DNA of 63,895 nucleotides, counting the filler, from Trypethelium eluteriae (Eukaryota), in the NCBI GenBank assembly GCA_051942245.1. It is 2 parts of 2 records of this genome, joined end to end, with 100 filler letters (N's around TTAATTAATTAA, not from the genome) between each part and the next. Parts side by side here need not be neighbours in the genome. Positions count along the whole stretch, not along the records: positions 1 to 31,932 come from JAVECL010000266.1; positions 32,033 to 63,895 come from JAVECL010000267.1. One strand, given 5' to 3'. A program made the translations under genes and the position numbers. Every line of letters starts with the position of its first letter. The first letter of the stretch is position 1. This document shows, one piece after another, positions 26,385 through 37,575 of the stretch. The notes beneath the pieces are model-generated. The model was given only the letters and a program-made list of their open reading frames with translations, had not been told where the DNA came from and did not search any database.

Positions 26385-27209
26385 TCAGTATCTCCTTCCA
26401 AATGGCATTGGCACAAGTCTACTACTCAGATGGTGTTGGTGGAAGACCAAATCGACTTCCAAATGCATATGAGTCTCAGCGATGGGCAGTTCAAGGGATT
26501 GTCGATACATGCTCGAGGCTGCAATGAATTCACGAACATGCTGTTGTGTGCAACTACCACCCACGAGCGCGAAGTGTGCAGGCAATGAGGCAAACATCCA
26601 GGATGACAGCTCGTCGTGCAATCGCTTGACCTTTGTTGTCCATATCGACGACGAACAAATACCATTCTTGCTGAGTCTCGGCTCGGCTCGCCAATGTATG
26701 TCGTAACCGAACATGAAATTTGGGGACAGACCTTTCGATTCCAACAGCTTGATCGTGAAAGAGGCTGGGTCCCAAAATGGACTAGGAGAGTCTCGCTCTA
26801 GACGCTCAGTACTTTTCCGCGTTTGCATATGAAGGATGACGATGAGCTCAGCATCAAAGTTGCCTGAAGGCTTCTCCAAACGTCCCAATTCCAAGCCAGA
26901 TGTCATCGTCTCCTCGATGTAAAAGTGTTTGATCCTGCTCTCGATTTGCTCGTGAAGCTCTTCATAGCTTTTGGAACTGGACTTCCTGGTACTATAGAGA
27001 AACGGAACTAAATGTTCAAGTTCCTCGGAGGTCAATAGCTGACATCCGCGATCTGCAAAAATTTTAGCCATGTCTTGGCCCGAGATACCGGAGATTACGC
27101 GGTGATCAGCAAGGATCTTGTGAGTAGCAATGAAAGATTGAATTGAGTTGCGTGCTTCATGATGTTGGTGAAGAGCTTTCAGTATAGCCGCTGCCTCTGG
27201 CGTAAACAT
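26385..27209 (-). CDS. Hypothetical protein, 274 aa, possibly 3'-truncated
   Basis: Uninterrupted ATG-started ORF with globular-protein composition; family not recognised with certainty. Confidence 0.55.
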   Translation of the reverse strand: MFTPEAAAILKALHQHHEARNSIQSFIATHKILADHRVISGISGQDMAKIFADRGCQLLTSEELEHLVPFLYSTRKSSSKSYEELHEQIESRIKHFYIEETMTSGLELGRLEKPSGNFDAELIVILHMQTRKSTERLERDSPSPFWDPASFTIKLLESKGLSPNFMFGYDIHWRAEPRLSKNGICSSSIWTTKVKRLHDELSSWMFASLPAHFALVGGSCTQQHVREFIAASSMYRQSLELPIAETHMHLEVDLVFHQHHLSSRLVPMPFGRRY

Positions 27210-27359
27210 ATTGTCGAAATCTTATGATGGTATGTGGAGTGCTGGATGTGTATTGTCAAAATGGCGCTCGAAAATTGTTAGTCAAATAGGCGCGAACTAA
27301 TAACTAGACTTTCATTATTTGGTCATAAATTTTCGGTTGCAAGAAAATGTTTACCTTAT

Positions 27360-27482
27360 GCCCGCTTGGCTTAGGGGTACAGCGGTAAGACTTCTCACTT
27401 CTCATTGTCTATGTTAGACGCTAAGCAGCAAATAGTGTCACTCGTAATGACAAGATCCTCGGTTCGATTCCGAGAGTGGGCA
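27360..27482 (+). tRNA. tRNA-Thr(CGT) with a 51-nt insert (27385-27435) between positions 26 and 27
   Basis: Acceptor GCCCGCT/AGTGGGC; D arm GCT..AGC; anticodon arm TGTCA-CT CGT AA-TGACA; T arm CTCGG-TTCGATT-CCGAG; discriminator A; T7 terminator 27484-90. Confidence 0.93.
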
Positions 27483-27699
27483 GTTTTTTTGGGCTGCCCT
27501 AACCCCTCCTTATATGTAAAGGTCCTAGATTTAGGCACCACTTAAGTGGGATCACGGTACTTAGCTCGGGGCATGCTCAGGCGTATTCGGTGTGGCTCAG
27601 AATGTGCTAAGTGTGGTTCCGTGTGGCTCAATAAAAACTCAGGCTGCTGACTCAGCGCTCGGACTAGACTCCTGCGTAACTTATGGCCAAAAGCAGAAA

Positions 27700-29350
27700 T
27701 AGACTTTGTATGAGGGTAGTATGTCCCTGAATAATATTCCCCGTTATATTTCCATACAATCTACTCTCTTTATACACTCAATCCGGCTAGTGGTATTAGA
27801 GTGCTAATCTAACAAAATTACATCCAGCTTATCTCTAGCTTAACCTTATTTACACTCACACTGCTATAGTTTATGCTCTGTCTAGCTGTGTTTAGTTATG
27901 CTTAACTGCGCTCTATTTTGTTCATAAGGGGTCCGGATTTTGTCCAGACTTAAATAACCATGTTTAGAATCTTCTCAGTTCTACTTTATATTCTAATTCT
28001 GGAACGATCCACTATTAAATTATACTATAATAATATTGTCAAGTTTACGCAACTGCTATAAGAATCCTAAAATTAAGCCTCCAAAACTGGCGGAAATCGT
28101 AATGCGTGTTAAAAGCTCCTTAATGTACCCTTTAAGCCTTTCTGATTTCAAGGAGTGCAGTACTCCCACGTATTATCGCTCCGCTATTTTCTTTGAACGC
28201 TTTCATTCTATTCTATTCCTCTAAAGTATTTGTACTTTTGCGTAAGCAATCACGCTTAAAGGCAGTCGATGATTAAAATTTATCATTTTTTTCCCTTTAG
28301 AACTGTTACGACCCAGCCGCGTCAAGGCTGAACGCCATCTCCTTTGTACTTGCTGCAAGCGTTCCACAGACAGGTCGTAACGAGTAAAGGTCACGTGACT
28401 GATTAGTGGTAGTAAACCACAGATCAGGATAGAGCGATCTAGGGTGATCACCCACAGATCACGGGTTGTCACACTGATCAGTAGCGATCAACCCAAGATC
28501 AGTAGAGATCTGATCAGAGGGATAACAGCTGTGATCGGGAAGATCACAAGTATATATATGTAGGAGGGGATCAGCTTAACTGACTTCCTCGCGTTTTATT
28601 ATCATACCAAAACTGTACCTACAGTTAGTTACGAGCCAAATCGAACAAGTCCTTATTCATTACCAAGTTGTTCGAAGCTTAGTGACCCTTCTTCATCACT
28701 GGATCCTTGACACTCCGCTCCTACGTGAAAAACTCTGAGACCACTCTACGTACCTACTACAAGCTGTGCTTGTACTAGGGGGTATAGGCTCATAACAAGA
28801 ACATTATTATATATCAGGGAATAGTGATCTCGGGGCGCAATTAAGCTTTTTTTAACTGTGTTAAACCTAAAAGAGTGGTATTAAATAAATTAATCAAGAT
28901 TACAGATAACAGTCCTTTTAAAAAAAATAAAAAATGGCCAGAATAAAATAGGCTGTTGCTGGAATCTGTAAGTTATACATCTATTTTACTTATAATTAAA
29001 TTAATTACTCTATATAAATATGTGGTAGACAACCCAGAGGTATAAATGCATAATATTATATCCCTTTAAGACTTTATAATTTAAGCGATATTTGGTATAC
29101 AAGGTTAAAAGATTAATAATTACTACTTTAATCAGCCTACCAGCAAAGATAAAAGTGATGAGAATACAAAAGAGATAGAGATCTTAAACTGGTATATCAG
29201 TATGCTCGGAAATATTGGAATAATTTTTGTGGGTGGTGTGCGCGCATGAAGCACCCAATCTCTAATGAGAATAAAAAGTTAATAACTATGGTACGTATTA
29301 TGTGTTACTTAATTTTCTAGTTCTTACAAAATTCTTAAGCATAATCAAGC
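27700..29350. other. AT/TpA-rich degenerate sequence, probably RIP-mutated repeat or gene relics
   Basis: Visibly lower GC than the flanks, abundant TA dinucleotides, broken reading frames; hosts the solo LTR. Confidence 0.6.
28304..28797. mobile_element. Solo LTR (494 bp) with 5-bp TSD
   Basis: Starts TGTTACGA and ends TCATAACA (TG...CA, inverted termini); AGAAC at both 28299-303 and 28798-802. Confidence 0.92.
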
Positions 29351-29975
29351 GAGACGTACGGCGCTTTTGCTTTAGGAAGATTGACCCGTGACCTTTCTGC
29401 TGAGGTGTAGATATGAGTGACGCTAGTCGGGTAAGGAACTGGTAGTCAATGAGCATGATATCTTCGAACCAGTCGAAAAGTACGCTTGCCTCGTCATTGG
29501 TCAAATGCGAACCCGCCATTGTGCGTAATTCACTGTTTTGTCATATCTTGCAGCGACAGGTAAAGCATGAAGCATCCACCTCCGAATTAGGCCGCCCACG
29601 TCCTGGCCACAAGCGTACGGTAAGCGGCCGACACTGGTTATTTAGCTACCTTCACCCAGGTGGGTGCTTACCGTGCTTACACAATTGCGGGAGATTTCTT
29701 ACTCTCAGACTCTTGGTATTCCAGTTCCATGCAGCAATATTGATAATATTACAAGGGTCAGGTCCACAGAGCTGCTAATTGCACATGATTTCTGTAGAAT
29801 AATTAAGATGCGTATCATTAAGATGCTAGAATAGAGTTTCAAGAACAATAGAATAAGAGTCAAACAGTTATCAGATAGTACTCCACACTGCCTACTTCAG
29901 CATAAACACGGGTCACTAAACAAGGGCAACTCCCATACATTGCTTACGTACCGCCGCCCATTACCCTCAGATATA

Positions 29976-30941
29976 CGGAACGCGATTTTAAAAGAATTGC
30001 GCGCGCTAATTCAATACATCGGCTTTGGTGGCAGTTTAGCAGAGGGCCCATGATCCGCATTTCACCCACAAATTGCTACTGAATTTTGCACCCATTGCAA
30101 ATATACAATAATATGTATTACGATATTGGATTTCGAGGTTATGTCGTTAGCCTAAAGGCTTGTGGTAAAACTGCAGCTGAAATTTACGCGCTTACTGGCG
30201 TTCCGGAGTCTACAATTCGACGTATTTACACCCGAGCTATCCAGCGAGGTTTTGATGAAGCTGCTCGGCCAATTTTTATTCGAGATAATACCTATCTAAC
30301 GCTCCTAAATCTGGCCGTCCTTCCAAAGCTGCTACAGAAGTTGTACAGGCAATTAATACAAAGATTCGCCAAGATCGAAATGGCAGAGAAAAGAGCTTGT
30401 TTGCCAGATAGTGGATATTGCAACACTTCCTTGGTGTGGCAACTCACCTGATTTGAATGCTATTTAACCTGCTTGGGCTTGGATGAAGCGCCGTACAACA
30501 CGCTACGGTGCTCCAGAAAACAGAGCAGATGCTACAGCTGCGTGGTTAACAGCTTGGAAAGAACTACCGCAAGAGCTGATACAACGGTGGATTCGCCGAA
30601 TACCAATACACGTCAACAAGATCATTGAGTTAGAAGGTGATAATGAGTATATTGAAGGCCATGGCAAAAGGCGTCAATCTGTGATAGATGCTGAGCTAAT
30701 TGAGTGGGAGGATATATTGATAAAGCTACACCAGCGGCAGCTACACCAGCAGCTGCTGCTTCTACAACACCCAAGCAAGCCTCTACAACACCAAATCGCC
30801 ATTCTTCTAAACCTCATCTACAAATTCGCAAAATTCAGCAGCAATTTGGGGGTAAAATGCGGATCATGGGCCCCCTGCTAAACTGCCACTAAAGCCGATG
30901 TACTGAATTAGCGCGAGCAATTCTTTTGAAACCGCCGTCCG
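29976..30941 (+). mobile_element. Internally deleted, non-autonomous Tc1/mariner DNA transposon
   Basis: 114-bp imperfect TIRs (29976-30089 / 30828-30941) and TA flanks. HTH-like N-terminus (AEIYALTGVPESTIRRI, APKSGRP) with a frameshift; WCGNSPDLNAI*PAW has TAA (30465-67) in place of the catalytic Glu. Confidence 0.92.
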
Positions 30942-30943
30942 TA

Positions 30944-31197
30944 CAGTGGGATTTTTTGAAGTAGGACAGCGCTAGACATGGGGCGTCTAGATATCACCAA
31001 TCAGTATCCGTACTAGCCTGGGCTAGTCCGTGATGCTAACCCACAGATAGACTAAGTACTCGATAGATTAACGAATCAAAAGAATTTACAGCAGAGGCAC
31101 TTATCCAATCAAGAACTAAAGCTATCATCAAAAGCCAATCAAAATCTACACTTCCTGACCCTTATCTAGCGCTGTTCCACTTCAAAAATTCCCACTG
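30944..31197. mobile_element. MITE (254 bp) with CAGTGGG termini, impala/mimp-like ends
   Basis: 33-bp TIRs (30944-76 / 31165-97, 3 mismatches); TA at 30942-43 and 31198-99. Confidence 0.9.
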
Positions 31198-31484
31198 TAC
31201 ATCAAGTCCTAATCCTACACCCGTTCCGTCCTGATCCCACATCCGTTCAGTCTATACTCATCCAGTAGCGAATCATACTCGCATAATCTGACTAAACGCT
31301 TCTGCGTCAATGAAAAGATTACTGTGCCGCATAATAATTCGTACCTTGTGCGGTGAACGGTAAGCTGAAGTAGAGTAATCCACCCTCGTTGATCGGTAGA
31401 TGTCAACCGCTGGTCTATAACGTTCAGCTTCCTTCGCTAAGAACGCCAACAGTGAGACCTGTGGCTTTATCCTACATAGAAAGC

Positions 31485-31932
31485 ATGGCTTCACACCTAA
31501 GTAATCATCACATAACCTCTGTTGCCAATATTCGGAAGTCTCTAGTTGACCTGCAGCGAGTGCAAGCAATAAAACGCCCAAAGACCAATAACCCACGCAG
31601 ATCACTCTACGAAGAACCAGTCCGCCTCCGTAACGCTTGCGATCTATGTCACCAGCTAAAAAGAAGATGTTCTGGAGAGATCCCATGCGAGGACTGCACC
31701 CTTTCCAACTCCAGCGATTTATGTTTCTACTGTCAAAGTTCCAGGTAGGAAAATGATTGTAAAGGTTTAGATCTCTGTTTCTTATCTGGCGAGGAAATGA
31801 AGCTGCATATATACACCGTAACAACCCCTGTATCTTCGGGATCTCATCCTTCTGCTTCCGAGAGTATTAGTCAGCTAAATGACCTAGAACTCTCTGATAT
31901 AGCTAGGATAATATTGACATCTACAGCCCGAC
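31485..31932 (+). CDS. Zn(II)2Cys6 transcription factor, N-terminal fragment running into the assembly gap
   Basis: RLRNACDLCHQLKRRCSGEIPCEDCTLSNSSDLCFY, followed by donor GTAGGA. Confidence 0.75.
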
Positions 31933-32032
31933 NNNNNNNNNNNNNNNNNNNNNNNNNNNNNNNNNNNNNNNNNNNNTTAATTAATTAANNNNNNNNNNNN
32001 NNNNNNNNNNNNNNNNNNNNNNNNNNNNNNNN
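31933..32032. other. Assembly gap with artificial TTAATTAATTAA six-frame-stop linker
   Basis: 44 N + TTAATTAATTAA + 44 N = 100 nt; adjacency across it is unproven. Confidence 0.95.
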
Positions 32033-32033
32033 G

Positions 32034-32393
32034 TATCCGGCGAGGGGGAATCCGACTGGGGCGACGTGTGGGGTTAGTTGGGTTGGGGCTGTGGAGGCGT
32101 TGATGAGGGGGCCGATGGATGCGAAAGTAGAGGAGGAAGGGAAAAGGAAGGATGGGGTAGTTGGTGGTAATGGTGAGGAGCAAAGTGAATTCGAAGCGGC
32201 GTGGATGGATGTCGATATGGGAGTAAGAGTTCGTGAACGGGAATTTTTGGTGGGAGGCTCGACGCTGGGGCATGATCGGGTCTCGTTTGCCGTGAGCTAT
32301 GACGGAAATGCATATGACGAGGCGTTGGTAAGGAAGTGGGAAGAAAAGATGGAAACAATCTTGCTTGAGGATGCTCCGAACTCACGACTTTGA
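32034..32393 (+). CDS. 3' end of a fungal protein ending in a PTS1-like SRL
   Basis: Open frame from the gap: YPARGNPTGATCGVSWVG...GVRVREREFLVG...VSYDGNA...NSRL*. Confidence 0.7.
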   Translation, partial: YPARGNPTGATCGVSWVGAVEALMRGPMDAKVEEEGKRKDGVVGGNGEEQSEFEAAWMDVDMGVRVREREFLVGGSTLGHDRVSFAVSYDGNAYDEALVRKWEEKMETILLEDAPNSRL

Positions 32394-32500
32394 GAAAGCT
32401 TTCGTAACTCATGGCGTAAAATCATCACGTCCTCCAAACTTCTCCAAGGGTGGTAATGCTGCTCACAGTTGTCCAATCTTTGAAATATCCAACCTCATCC

Positions 32501-33442
32501 TCACGATCTAACTCTTGGCCCCTGGTCAGCCTCTCGTATTACATCCTTCAAATCCTGTCCACAATCTAGGCATCGATCATTCAACTCCCTCCCTCTGTCT
32601 TCTGTACATAGTTTCACGATCTCATCGGCCATCAATTCAGGTCTCTCCAATTTCCTCGTCCTCACGCCCCTCTTCGCCATCTCGAACCTGTCAGTGTCAT
32701 CGCTATCCACTACACCTGTCTCCATGTGGCTGGAGTTCATCGCAAAACACCTCACTCCGCTCCCTTCCAACTCGGATCCCAGCTCATGACAGAACCTGAA
32801 AATCGCAGCCTCAGCCACTGCATCCGCACTCACAAACCGAGCATTTCTGGCCTCCGACGCGCCGACAAGTGAGACCACCACTCCGTCCGCCTGTGCACGC
32901 ATTCCAGGGAGCACGGCATGAACAAAGGCGACAAAGCTACGGAGCTTCAACTCAAGTACGCGCCACCAGTTGGTCTGCAGCGCCTCCCCGGACTCACTCC
33001 CGTCAGAAGGGAGCGGAGTAGAAGATCGCAACGTCTTGAAGTCGGTATTCAACACGAGGACGTCGATGTGTACATCATCGACACGAAGTTTGTCATGAAT
33101 CGTGGAAAAGATGGAGGTGGCACACTCAGGCTGGGAGACGTCGGTAGTGATAGCGACCGGAGAGGGAGCGGAGGGATGCGTAGCTGTGATTTCTGAGATG
33201 AGCGCATCGAGGGAGGCCGAGTGGTGAGAGACGCAGATAACGCGGGCCCCAGCGTGGGCGAAGGAAAGTGCGGTTGCGTGACTGAGAGCGCTTTCGATGC
33301 CTGTAACGAGGACGGTCTTATTGAGGAGGCTGTTTATCTGGCCTGGTCGATCGATAGGAGAGTATGCAAGGGTGTGAGAGGAGAGAGATGAGGGCACAGT
33401 GGATGTATTCGTACGAGGTATTGGAGGCTTCGGAAGATCCAT
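32501..33442 (-). CDS. Short-chain dehydrogenase/reductase-like protein with degenerate catalytic motifs
   Basis: LNKTVLVTG..ALSFAHAGARV, TDVS, IDVLVLN, AVLPGM, ELEGSGVRCFA; YxxxK absent. Confidence 0.8.
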   Translation of the reverse strand: MDLPKPPIPRTNTSTVPSSLSSHTLAYSPIDRPGQINSLLNKTVLVTGIESALSHATALSFAHAGARVICVSHHSASLDALISEITATHPSAPSPVAITTDVSQPECATSIFSTIHDKLRVDDVHIDVLVLNTDFKTLRSSTPLPSDGSESGEALQTNWWRVLELKLRSFVAFVHAVLPGMRAQADGVVVSLVGASEARNARFVSADAVAEAAIFRFCHELGSELEGSGVRCFAMNSSHMETGVVDSDDTDRFEMAKRGVRTRKLERPELMADEIVKLCTEDRGRELNDRCLDCGQDLKDVIREADQGPRVRS

Positions 33443-36400
33443 CAAATCGTAGTTTGGTGGGCAGGTTTCGTGAGAGTGGTCATCTGCATAGGGACTGCTT
33501 GTTTGCTTGGGAGATGAGCATGATAGTGAGAGATCCCTCCTGAATGAAGTCTTGTTTTGTTTACGAGATCCGATGCTGCAAGAAAGGAGAAGTCGTACTT
33601 GAAAACAAGACATTTCTCAACAAGAAGCAGTAGAGCAGAGCCAAACCTGTCGTCTCGACGAGTTCGAGACAAATGCATTTCATAGCCTTGAGCATGGCTG
33701 AGATGAACACAGCTGAATTGAAGGCAACCCTATGCACCAAATTGGGCTATAATGGCGAATCAGCCCTGCCAACTTTGTTTCGGATGATATGCATATATTG
33801 CCGTTGCCACGTGTAACTCATGTGGGGAAGGCAAATCATTGAAGCCTAGGTGCCTAAACAAAAGCAATAAGCCACCTTGGTGAGAGCCGAACCGCGAAGG
33901 TTTGACCTTTAACAGAAGGTCTAGGGGATGTTAAAGAGTTGTTTCCTCGAGTCTCGTGTCAGGAAATGCGCCACCAACAAGGAACTCCATGCACTGTCAG
34001 GCCATTGGTCACCATCATGTGCGGCACGAAATTTTGTGGCCAGAGGTTTTCCGAATCCCCCTGCGCATACTGCAGTGAATACAGCTCGCATCTTGTGTTT
34101 ACTGTGTTGGTAATTGATTATAGGGCTTTGCTGAGTGGGTGTAATGGCCGTAAATCGTCGCGTCATATTTGAAGCAGACCTGATTGTAGTGTAACAGAAA
34201 TCCTGGTCCAAAGTCTCGGAGTTGGGCCGGTGCAGTCGAAACGGAAATGATCCGGAACATTCCATTGGCCGCTCAGCTATCCAGTCCAACCTCTCCCACA
34301 TACAACATTTTTTCTGATAGTATTTGCATGAGCTGAGAATCTGCATTCAAAGTGCGTCCGGATGGCGCGGATCTTGCGGCAATTGACTCAAAGCATGCCA
34401 GACACCGCCAGTAATCCCTGTTCTCTAATCTATAGCTGACGCAGCTGATGCTTGAAGAGGTTGACTCAGGCACCTTCTGTCTCCGCGTGGTAATGAGTAG
34501 CAGGAAACTTTGACAGCTCCTATTCTGTATCTTCTCCACTCTGTTTCCTCGCACAAGCTTGCTATTCAACTCTTTATTCACCTGCATCAGTAGAGTTGTC
34601 CTTGGTCCAGAATAGAACCTTGACGGTCGAGGACGGCAGTGTACAGAAGGACGCGGGACCACTCACCACTTTCTACCTTCCCCATTTTCCACAAGCACAT
34701 CCACCATAACCGGCATTTCCACTTCAGACCCCTCTCTTGTCGCTCTCTTCAAGCCCTTCCCCTGTCCCTACGAGACAACACTTGTACCACGCTTGTCTGC
34801 AGCTTCCTCATAGTACGATTTCACCACCTGCTCGCGCTCCTTAGCCACGTCCCTCTTCACCACTGCACCCGGAACACCTGGCTTGCTTCCAAAACCACTC
34901 TTTCCGTTGAACCGCCATCTCTAGTGTACACACACCTACTGTTCGAGGGAAGATCAGTACGCGCATCCCGTTGTAGTACCAACGTCTTCAGGTCCATGTG
35001 GCTCTTGAGAGTGGTACATGATGGCACTGTCAAGGGTGGGAGGGGATTGTCGGCTGTCCTTCATGGTTGAGAGAACACGTCCGGAAGAGAGAATCTAAAG
35101 CTCATGATGACCTGACTGCCATTGCTGCTTAGGCTGGGCAAATATTGCAGTGCGCAGCGGTCGCACAAAGTCTGAGGAGTTGGCCTCATTATGTTGGTGA
35201 ATAAAAAGCTACTGGTCGAGGAACAGTCAGTACGACATAGCCAACAGCTCCAAGCGATAGATCGTCGAGTTTGTATCGGGTGTTCCTGGGATGGACACCG
35301 AACTGTAACGTTCAGGTCGTTGTTTGAGGGGGCAGTTCTAGCCCAAATACCACGCTGTGCTAATGCGTCTGCATGCCGGAAAATTGGGAAGAATTCCTCT
35401 ACCTACAGGGCTTGAGAGAAATAGAAGAATAGTCTCCACCGTGAAATTCCGTATTACGCTGGCCGTTGTTAGGATTGGCGTATTTTTCCTCGCATTGACG
35501 ATAGGTAGCTTAGTGCTTTTGACTAGGTGAGCAAGCGGGTTCTCTGAAAATGAGCTGATCTGAAGAGATTGGAGTCGATGTTGGGAAGGTTACACTCAAT
35601 GTACTCCACAGTGCTTCGAGACCTTCGTGAATATCGCTTAACATCAAATCCACTTACGGATCAGCAATCCTGTACCGGGTCTGGCTTACTGTGCATCACG
35701 GTAGCTGCTGCACTGTTTGCAGCATGGATTTGAACTCTGAATGACTGCAATTTTCATATTTGACTTGAACAATGAGATAGCGCCTGACTCCTGATCGCGT
35801 CTTTAGTAGCAAGACGCATTTTGCTTGCGCCGAACACCAAGAGCAGAGGGAGTGTATTGTCAGATGAATCACCAACCTGTTATTCTCCAAACAGGTTACC
35901 TTACTCCGTACTTACGAGACATTACCAACAAAGACTTTAACCCTACTTTGCATGCAAGAGCACAGGTGCACCAGAGTGGACAGAATATCGGACCTGCCAG
36001 TAAAATTCCCAGTGGCGTTGGCTGCACATCTGATTGCTTGCTCTTATCGAAATCCAACGAAGCGAATGTCCGATTGAAAGCTTGTTTCGACGGTCTTCAC
36101 CGCCATTATGCTGACAAGTCCAAAGTTGGATATCGCGCCTTGGCTATAGAGACCGTAAACGAATGATATACACACTCATCAGCGAAAGAGAGCACTTGCA
36201 TCAGTATTCGCGCAGAACAAGGACAGTGTGACCTGTAGTTTTCATGCTAAGGAGAAAAGTTGGCACTGTGCCGGCGTGGTAGGCCAGCCAAATCCGTTTC
36301 GGATAGCGTAGCCGAACGGCAGATCAAACAGGCTTATCCGGCCCTTATGCATGTGTCGTAGATCTCCATTATTTCGCGTATTGACGCGTCAGTCCCTCAT

Positions 36401-37575
36401 CATCGCACTTTCGGAGAGATGTCAGTGATGACATCAATGAGTCGCCGAAGCGGTCATTTTGGAATTAGTTGAGCATACAGAGAGCCTGATAATGATTGTT
36501 ACTGCAAGCGGGGAAAAGGTAGGGAGCTCATGAAGAGGCACAGGGGCAATTCCGTTGTTCACGAACTTGCGCAGGTGGCTGGGATGTTCTGCGTTAGGAC
36601 TAGCGCGACAAGGAAATTTTACCTGATGGGAATTCGCACAAAGACCATGTTCCAATTTGATGCAATCCCGTTCGCCCCGACCAGGAATGGCAGGAATGGC
36701 AGGAACGGATCACTAGGATGGTCAAGTGACGTCTGCAGTCCCGCCTGTCGTCATTTCCGGCACGGCAAATCCGGAGCGCATTCGAAACTGAACCTGTGTC
36801 AAAACGCTGGTCCGAGAATAGCTCAACTCCTATCGCCGTAGTTGCTTGAGCTGTGGGCACAGCAGAAGCTCATTGGGGCGCTCTCCAGTAACCGCAATCA
36901 ATCCCCCTTGTCTACCAAGATGAAGTTCTCCACATGTTTGGAAGTAGAAAAAGTAACCTTGTCTGTTTGGTCACAGGTGTTTGTTCCTTTGTCGCCGAGG
37001 AAGATGAGAATCAGGGAGGCGATCCACATTGATTGCTATAGTGCTGTGATAGGTAGATGATCTCAATAGTGTAGCCCTTGGTATATCTCGATCCGGCGAG
37101 AATCTAAACAGGCGCGATGTGGGTTCGAATGCGCCACGAGTAGTGATAGTGATGGTACTGTCGAAGGATCTTGGAAGTGGCTGAGCAAGCGGCACATCTT
37201 GAACTACTACGACAGCGCCTGGTCACCAAACCGTAGTAACTCCCTGTCAATCCCGCCAGACCCAGCCAGCGAACAAATCAAGCACAGGTGTGCGGCGGAG
37301 AAAGGCCATGTGTCTCCACCTCCCCGTAAGCTCCATTCCTGGCGGAGCGAGCTTCCAAGGTCGAGTGCTTATTTTCCTTGGTTGACGTCCGGCTGGCGCT
37401 CCTTCCTGCTCCCATCTCACCTCCGTTCGCTCCTGTCAACTTTCGTTTTTTTTTAATCACCTTGCGCCTGTCGCCACTTCAGAACAAACTGGGAGGTGTC
37501 TCGATTGTTTGCTCTGCAGGCTTTTAATCATTCTTTACCCCGCCGAGGTTTTCCTCTTGCTATTCTAACGTTTCC

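Noticed and set aside
21000..31932. Starship-like giant element (HET, P450, TF cargo beside a tRNA)
   Set aside because: No tyrosine-recombinase captain or boundary repeats visible, and the contig ends at the gap.
31977..31988. TTAATTAATTAA palindrome between N runs
   Set aside because: Artificial scaffolding linker; ORFs 31797-31988 and 31977-32273 that cross the Ns are artefacts.
33700..37400. 3.7-kb interval with many short ORFs and a 9-bp x3 repeat (~36682-36708)
   Set aside because: No coherent exon chain, domain, TIR/LTR or helix density that I could support; probably divergent promoter/intergenic DNA.
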